DNA of 64,000 bases, from assembly GCA_963675755.2 (NCBI GenBank), contig CAXXMD010000002.1:1248001-1312000 (forward strand), read 5' to 3'. The notes under the pieces were generated by a model. The model was not told the DNA's origin. It worked only from the letters and a program-made list of their open reading frames with translations, and searched no databases. The translations under genes were made by a program, and so were the position numbers. This document shows, piece after piece, positions 59,243-64,000 of the stretch. The stretch comes from a bacterium. GTDB taxonomy: Bacteria; Zhuqueibacterota; Zhuqueibacteria; Residuimicrobiales; Krinioviventaceae. Position 1 is the first letter of the stretch; each line of letters begins with the position of its first letter.

Positions 59243-61564
59243 TTATTGTTTTATTATCCAGACATCAGATATATGAGACCACTGGCGCCAGTTTTGTTCC
59301 AACTCTTCCGGTTTCCGGTCAAAGGTCAATTTAATCGAACCGTCTTTAACAGCAGATTGTGGAATTGGGAACTCTTTGAATGTTTCCATCTCTTTATTAT
59401 ACAATGTAGCGGTAATACGTTCTCCATCTATACGGGGAAATGCTTCACCCTTGCCCGAAACCCGTAATACATACGATGCATCAGGATCAAGATCGTGGTA
59501 CTCGAGTACAGGTGAATACTGGAACACCTGAGAAGACAAGCGGGCCCGGCTTTTGCCCTCGTTCCACCAGGCAAAATGGGGTGCTACATCCGAACAAAAT
59601 ACGGTATGCTGCGACTGGGCTACACTGCCAATGTTATCATAATAACTGCCGGAAACAGGATTTTCCCATTCTACCAGTACTTTGATGCGGGCCAATTTTT
59701 CCGTCTCTGTAGATAATTTACTAATCTTTTCAAACTCATCCTCAAGCCACCAACGATTATTGAGAGGATAATCGACAAAATCAAGCACACAACCGCGTTC
59801 CGGATTTTTGCCCTGGTATTTGGGCACACTGGTCTGTAAACCAATGGACTGATACAGGTCTTCGCACAGATCAACAATCCGTTTACGTAAATCCGGAGCA
59901 ACACAATGACTGTCCGCCTGTTCCAGCAACGCCAAAGCGGATTTCATAGCGGCACCACTTTCAACATCTTTTACATCAGCAAGAATTAGGTTGGCTTTAT
60001 ATTCAAGATCTTTTTCATAAAATAAACGACGGCGCTGATAAGCATCATAATTGGCTCGCAGCAGGCACAACTGCCAGCGCCAGTTGCCGGCAAGCTGTGG
60101 ATTCTCACGCTCCAGATCCTGCCAGTAAGCAAGCGTTGCCTCTATACCACCATTCTGACGAATGGGGCCCACCCAGTTGCCTTCAAGAGCAATAATTCCA
60201 AATGCGACTTTTTCAGCAACCTGATCACTGAAAAACAACCGGCAATAATCTGTAACAATTTTTTGTACATCCTGGTCCGGGTCCCAGGCAAGTTGAGACC
60301 AAAGGGCCTTGTTCACATCATCATGCACACCATCAGAATAGGCCAGAAATCCGTCTGTAAAAGGAGCAGTCTGTTGAAATATTTTAGCGTAATAATAGGG
60401 TTGGGGATTCGATGCTTCCCGCCCCAGCGTAAGGGCAAAAGCCTGGTCCCACCATTCTACTGGATATTGACAGGTCATGTTGTGGGTAATATCAGGATAA
60501 TGACGATGTTTGTATTGCTTTGGCAAACGGTAACGGGTCTCTGACATGGACGGGCTGCCTGGACCAGAAACGACGCCTTCTAACCAGTCCGGTTTTTCAC
60601 GTTCCAGATAATCAAAAAAATAATCAACTTTTTCAGCATTGAACCCCTGTAAAGAGATCCACACTCCGGCAGTTGGGTGAGAATTCTTTAAAAGTTTTGT
60701 CAGTTCCTTCAGATACGGCATAACATCTTTTGGGTGATTATGACCGGGATCACCGCCAGGAAAGAATACATTATCCAATCTTGGACAGGTTTTAAAAAAC
60801 TGTTCATGTTCGTTAAGGGCTGCGGTTCGATTTTCTGTATCAGTCAAATCAAACTGTGCCGGCATCCAGCACCAGTAATCCATATCATATTTAATGCAAA
60901 TCTCGCTGATCTTTTTATTCATCTCTTCACGGGGCAGTTTGAAATGCGGACTGGGACTATCCTGCATGGGGATATTTTCAATACAATTGGCACCAAACAG
61001 CGCCAGCTCTCGGATGTACTGATCAAACTGCTGAGGTGTCCACGCATCCCACGAGTTTGCAGTATTACGGTACCCCAACTGGTGACCACGGATTTGATAT
61101 TGTGGGCCGGAATACACGTCTAATTCATCAGGAATTGTGATGGAACCTTTTTGCAAATCCATTAAAATTAAAAGTCGACCAACACCATACAATGTACCGC
61201 GACGATGTGTTCCCAAAATCCACAACTGGGGCTGGTTATTTTCATGGGTCAAAGAAAGATAAAATGCATCCTGCTCATAAAAAGGCCTGTTTAGGGATTC
61301 AGGGATCTTTTTAACATATTTTTTATTGCTACTTTTATAGATTGCTATTACCGGTTTATCTGATGGCCAGGAGTTAACCACGGCGAGCTTAATTCCGGTA
61401 CGTTTTTCAATCTCTTCCGAAAGGACCTCTGCCGAGACCTGCACAATATTTTCCGAATCATTGCTGATAACAATAACCGCATCATTCAGGTTGATTTCAC
61501 CGGCAAACGCAGAAACCTGAAAAACCCATACTGTAAAAAACAGGATGAAAATATTTTTTTTCAT
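59243..61564 (-). CDS. Secreted hypothetical carbohydrate-active protein with a GH67 N-terminal-like domain
   Basis: Signal peptide, with RGTLYGVGRLL, IRGHQLGYR..ANSWDAW, YPDITH and YSDGVHDDVNK. Confidence 0.65.
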   Translation of the reverse strand: MKKNIFILFFTVWVFQVSAFAGEINLNDAVIVISNDSENIVQVSAEVLSEEIEKRTGIKLAVVNSWPSDKPVIAIYKSSNKKYVKKIPESLNRPFYEQDAFYLSLTHENNQPQLWILGTHRRGTLYGVGRLLILMDLQKGSITIPDELDVYSGPQYQIRGHQLGYRNTANSWDAWTPQQFDQYIRELALFGANCIENIPMQDSPSPHFKLPREEMNKKISEICIKYDMDYWCWMPAQFDLTDTENRTAALNEHEQFFKTCPRLDNVFFPGGDPGHNHPKDVMPYLKELTKLLKNSHPTAGVWISLQGFNAEKVDYFFDYLEREKPDWLEGVVSGPGSPSMSETRYRLPKQYKHRHYPDITHNMTCQYPVEWWDQAFALTLGREASNPQPYYYAKIFQQTAPFTDGFLAYSDGVHDDVNKALWSQLAWDPDQDVQKIVTDYCRLFFSDQVAEKVAFGIIALEGNWVGPIRQNGGIEATLAYWQDLERENPQLAGNWRWQLCLLRANYDAYQRRRLFYEKDLEYKANLILADVKDVESGAAMKSALALLEQADSHCVAPDLRKRIVDLCEDLYQSIGLQTSVPKYQGKNPERGCVLDFVDYPLNNRWWLEDEFEKISKLSTETEKLARIKVLVEWENPVSGSYYDNIGSVAQSQHTVFCSDVAPHFAWWNEGKSRARLSSQVFQYSPVLEYHDLDPDASYVLRVSGKGEAFPRIDGERITATLYNKEMETFKEFPIPQSAVKDGSIKLTFDRKPEELEQNWRQWSHISDVWIIKQ

Positions 61565-61573
61565 GCTTGTTTC

Positions 61574-62401
61574 CTAATGAACCTTGTGAACAATGGGAAT
61601 GCCAATTTGTGGCAATATATATTGGATTTTATCTTTGGAAGCAAGAACGAAATCATTGATATCTACAGTATTTATGGTAAACATGTTGTAATGCATTGGA
61701 ATACTGACTTTTGCGTTTATTGCAATAGCAAAATCTATTGCTTCTTCAATTGAAAAATTAGGTTCCAGATTATATTGCGATGGTTTTTGACCATTAATTG
61801 GCAAAAAAGCCAGATCAATATCAAAGGGTTTGATATAGTCCAATTGTTCAACATAGGGTACAGTATCACCGGCAAAAAACAGAGTTATCTTGCCCAGGCG
61901 TACAATAAAGCTGAGATACGGATATCCATATTCATGGCTGTAATCCAGATCAGAATGAGCTGCGGGTATAGCATAAACACTGATTTTTTTAAATACTTTG
62001 GAATCCAATCCTCTCAACAGTCCGAGTTGTTTTGGATCGACATAAAAAGCTTCCAATCGATTTCTGGCTGCTTCGGGAGCAATGAAAACCGCATCAGGAT
62101 TACGCTGGGCAATGATTGGTATAGTAAAAGGATCAATATGGTCTACATGATCATGACTGCACAAAACATAATCAATACCCTGAACATCCTGGGGGCTAAT
62201 AGGAATGGCGCTCATACGAACATGTTGATTAGGAGTACCGGCGGTCCATTGTTCAGCAAAATCAGATAAATATGGATCAAACAATAAACTCAAAGATTGA
62301 TAACGGATTAAAAAACCATTTTGTCCCAGCCATACAAACGCAATTTCTTTCTCAGAGAATTCAAGATTGTCCAACTGTTGTAGAATAATATGCTTTGTCA
62401 T
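61574..62401 (-). CDS. MBL-fold metallo-hydrolase (UlaG-like lactonase)
   Basis: Motifs WLGQNGF, DPYLS, SHDHVDHID, AGDT, LPING and IPMHY. Its ATG overlaps the upstream TGA. Confidence 0.88.
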   Translation of the reverse strand: MTKHIILQQLDNLEFSEKEIAFVWLGQNGFLIRYQSLSLLFDPYLSDFAEQWTAGTPNQHVRMSAIPISPQDVQGIDYVLCSHDHVDHIDPFTIPIIAQRNPDAVFIAPEAARNRLEAFYVDPKQLGLLRGLDSKVFKKISVYAIPAAHSDLDYSHEYGYPYLSFIVRLGKITLFFAGDTVPYVEQLDYIKPFDIDLAFLPINGQKPSQYNLEPNFSIEEAIDFAIAINAKVSIPMHYNMFTINTVDINDFVLASKDKIQYILPQIGIPIVHKVH

Positions 62402-63201
62402 GCCATCTCCTGATTTACTGAAAACAGTTGTTTTTGTGCGGATTCATTTATGTGACCAATATTTTCCCAGTTTAAACCCAGCAGTTCTGCTGCCATTCGA
62501 TCTATAGCAATGGGATCTGTTCCTGCAATCAATTGATTTACATGCGGATTACATTCCCGTCCACCCAAATGAAAATCAGCAAGTCCTATACTGGCATCCA
62601 TCAATGTCATGTCCGGTGCGCGATAGCAATTGAGATCAACAATTGCCTGATGCATCATATTGTGGAATACCGCTTTTTTCCAGGAACCAAACCTGCCCGA
62701 ATAATATTTTGGGGGTGCAATACCCATCATATTTTTGAGGGTCCCTGTTATTTGCGCCAGCGAATGTGCCTTTAACACCGGCACGGATATCAGATAATGA
62801 GAAAAAACAATTTCAGGTAAATACATTTCAGGAAAGACATTACATTCGGATTTTGTCATTTTTACGAGAGGTGCATGATTCAAATCAACCAATTTCACAT
62901 TATATTCTGACGCAATCTGTTCATAACCCAAAATCCGGAACACCTCGTCCGTTTCCATACTCATGTCTCCGCAACCTTCGGCAATGACAATCTCTGCATT
63001 CGAGCATCCCTGTATATACTCTACAATAGCGGCACTATTAGCCGGAGCGGTTGTAATGGGATGTTCAGACGCCATAATCAGATTGGGCTTTATGAGAATG
63101 TGGGTCTGTTCAGCAAATATTTCTGCTGCACCTATCTTGTTAAATACTTCAAAAACGGATGTCTTGTAAGATTTAAAATCAACAACTGCTGTACTACTCA
63201 T
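62398..63201 (-). CDS. DUF362 domain protein
   Basis: Motifs ILIKPNL, IAEG, SVPVLKAH..AQITGTLKNMMG and DPIAID. Start set at ATG 63201. Confidence 0.85.
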   Translation of the reverse strand: MSSTAVVDFKSYKTSVFEVFNKIGAAEIFAEQTHILIKPNLIMASEHPITTAPANSAAIVEYIQGCSNAEIVIAEGCGDMSMETDEVFRILGYEQIASEYNVKLVDLNHAPLVKMTKSECNVFPEMYLPEIVFSHYLISVPVLKAHSLAQITGTLKNMMGIAPPKYYSGRFGSWKKAVFHNMMHQAIVDLNCYRAPDMTLMDASIGLADFHLGGRECNPHVNQLIAGTDPIAIDRMAAELLGLNWENIGHINESAQKQLFSVNQEMA

Positions 63202-63218
63202 ATACTTCCTACCTCTTT

Positions 63219-63983
63219 TTATAAATCCGGACGACTTGCGCAAAATCCCAAAGTAAGACCACCATCAACAGTAAAAGAAGAACCTGTGATATAGTTTGCT
63301 TCTTCTGATGCTAAAAACAACACCATATTAGCTATTTCTCGTTTAGAGCCTACACGGCCGGCAGGCACGGCTGTTAAAAATTGTTTCTGCCTGTCCGGGT
63401 CGGTTAAACGTGTTGCAATAGCTCCCGGTGCAACCTGGTTAACCTGAATATTATATTCTGCCAATTCGAGCGCCATATTTTTGGTTAGCATAACCAAACC
63501 ACCCTTTGCAGAACTGTAATGCGCAAAATTACGTTTGGTCTGGTATTCATGAACAGAACCTATATTGATTATCTTGCCACCGCCCTGTTCCTTCATCATT
63601 CTTGCTGCAAGCTGACCGCATAAAAATGGCGCCTTTAAATTTACCGCCATAATCCTGTCCCAATCCTCCTCCGGCATATCAATGAAAGGAACGCTGTTCT
63701 GCGTTGCTGCGTTATTTACCAACACATCAAGACGTCCGAAATGGGATTTAATTTTTTTAAACAATTTGCGAATTGCTTCAGGATCTTGCAGATCGCAAAC
63801 CAGGCTGATGGATTCCCGACTGTGGGGAATGACCTGTTCCAATGCGGATGTGATTTCGGTATTATAATCAGGACCATGTACAATCACCTTTGCACCTTCA
63901 CGGGCAAAACAAACAGCGGTCTCTTTACCGATACCCGTCACCGAACCGGTTACAAGAACAATTTTATCCTCAAATCTTTTCAT
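63219..63983 (-). CDS. SDR family oxidoreductase (glucose-1-dehydrogenase-like)
   Basis: Motifs TGSVTGIG, NNAA, IGSVHE, YSSAK, APGAIAT and ITGSSFTVDGG. Confidence 0.93.
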   Translation of the reverse strand: MKRFEDKIVLVTGSVTGIGKETAVCFAREGAKVIVHGPDYNTEITSALEQVIPHSRESISLVCDLQDPEAIRKLFKKIKSHFGRLDVLVNNAATQNSVPFIDMPEEDWDRIMAVNLKAPFLCGQLAARMMKEQGGGKIINIGSVHEYQTKRNFAHYSSAKGGLVMLTKNMALELAEYNIQVNQVAPGAIATRLTDPDRQKQFLTAVPAGRVGSKREIANMVLFLASEEANYITGSSFTVDGGLTLGFCASRPDL

Positions 63984-64000
63984 GTTTCCTCAATCCGTTT

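Noticed and set aside
1-64000. CRISPR arrays, tRNA/rRNA, IS elements, prophage, defence systems and reverse transcriptases
   Set aside because: All intergenic gaps are under about 310 nt and show no periodic repeats or cloverleaf, and no ORF has the corresponding motifs.

Overview
Bacterial chromosomal window, AT-rich and almost entirely minus-strand coding. Shine-Dalgarno-led starts plus a PNPFNP/FlgD-type secretion tail suggest a non-Bacteroidetes FCB lineage such as KSB1 or Calditrichota (inference). I saw no rRNA, tRNA, CRISPR array, transposase, integrase or reverse transcriptase. Layout: (1) 1-11.3 kb, a composite export operon: ABC ATPase, a giant ABC-permease/M1-pseudopeptidase fusion, TolC, crcB-DUF190, MFP and two RND subunits. 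(2) 11.5-17.1 kb, glcDEF, an esterase and a LOG protein. (3) 17.2-32.5 kb, a valS-recG-led run holding a TMEM260/DUF2723 protein-O-mannosyltransferase-like gene, GT4, a methyltransferase, a flippase-like protein, rmlD and a polyprenol-P-mannose synthase. (4) 32.7-37.2 kb, plus-strand block: a lipoprotein with a sigma54 promoter and a 14-bp palindrome, a frameshifted hybrid kinase, and an NtrC-like regulator lacking GAFTGA. (5) nfnAB. (6) GH2, then a FISUMP lectin-tip gene beside a secretion-tail stalk gene. (7) 44.3-64 kb, a glycan catabolic island with GH106, tandem DUF4838 paralogs, two DUF1080 domains and UroD-like, AraD-like, MBL, DUF362, SDR and VOC genes. Best candidates for undescribed systems: a two-gene adhesin possibly joined by donor-strand complementation, a bacterial TMEM260-type O-glycosylation locus, the ABC+RND+Fluc hybrid exporter, and a non-phosphorylative sugar-acid pathway with no canonical aldonate dehydratase in view. 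All family calls are by motif recognition only; no database search was run.
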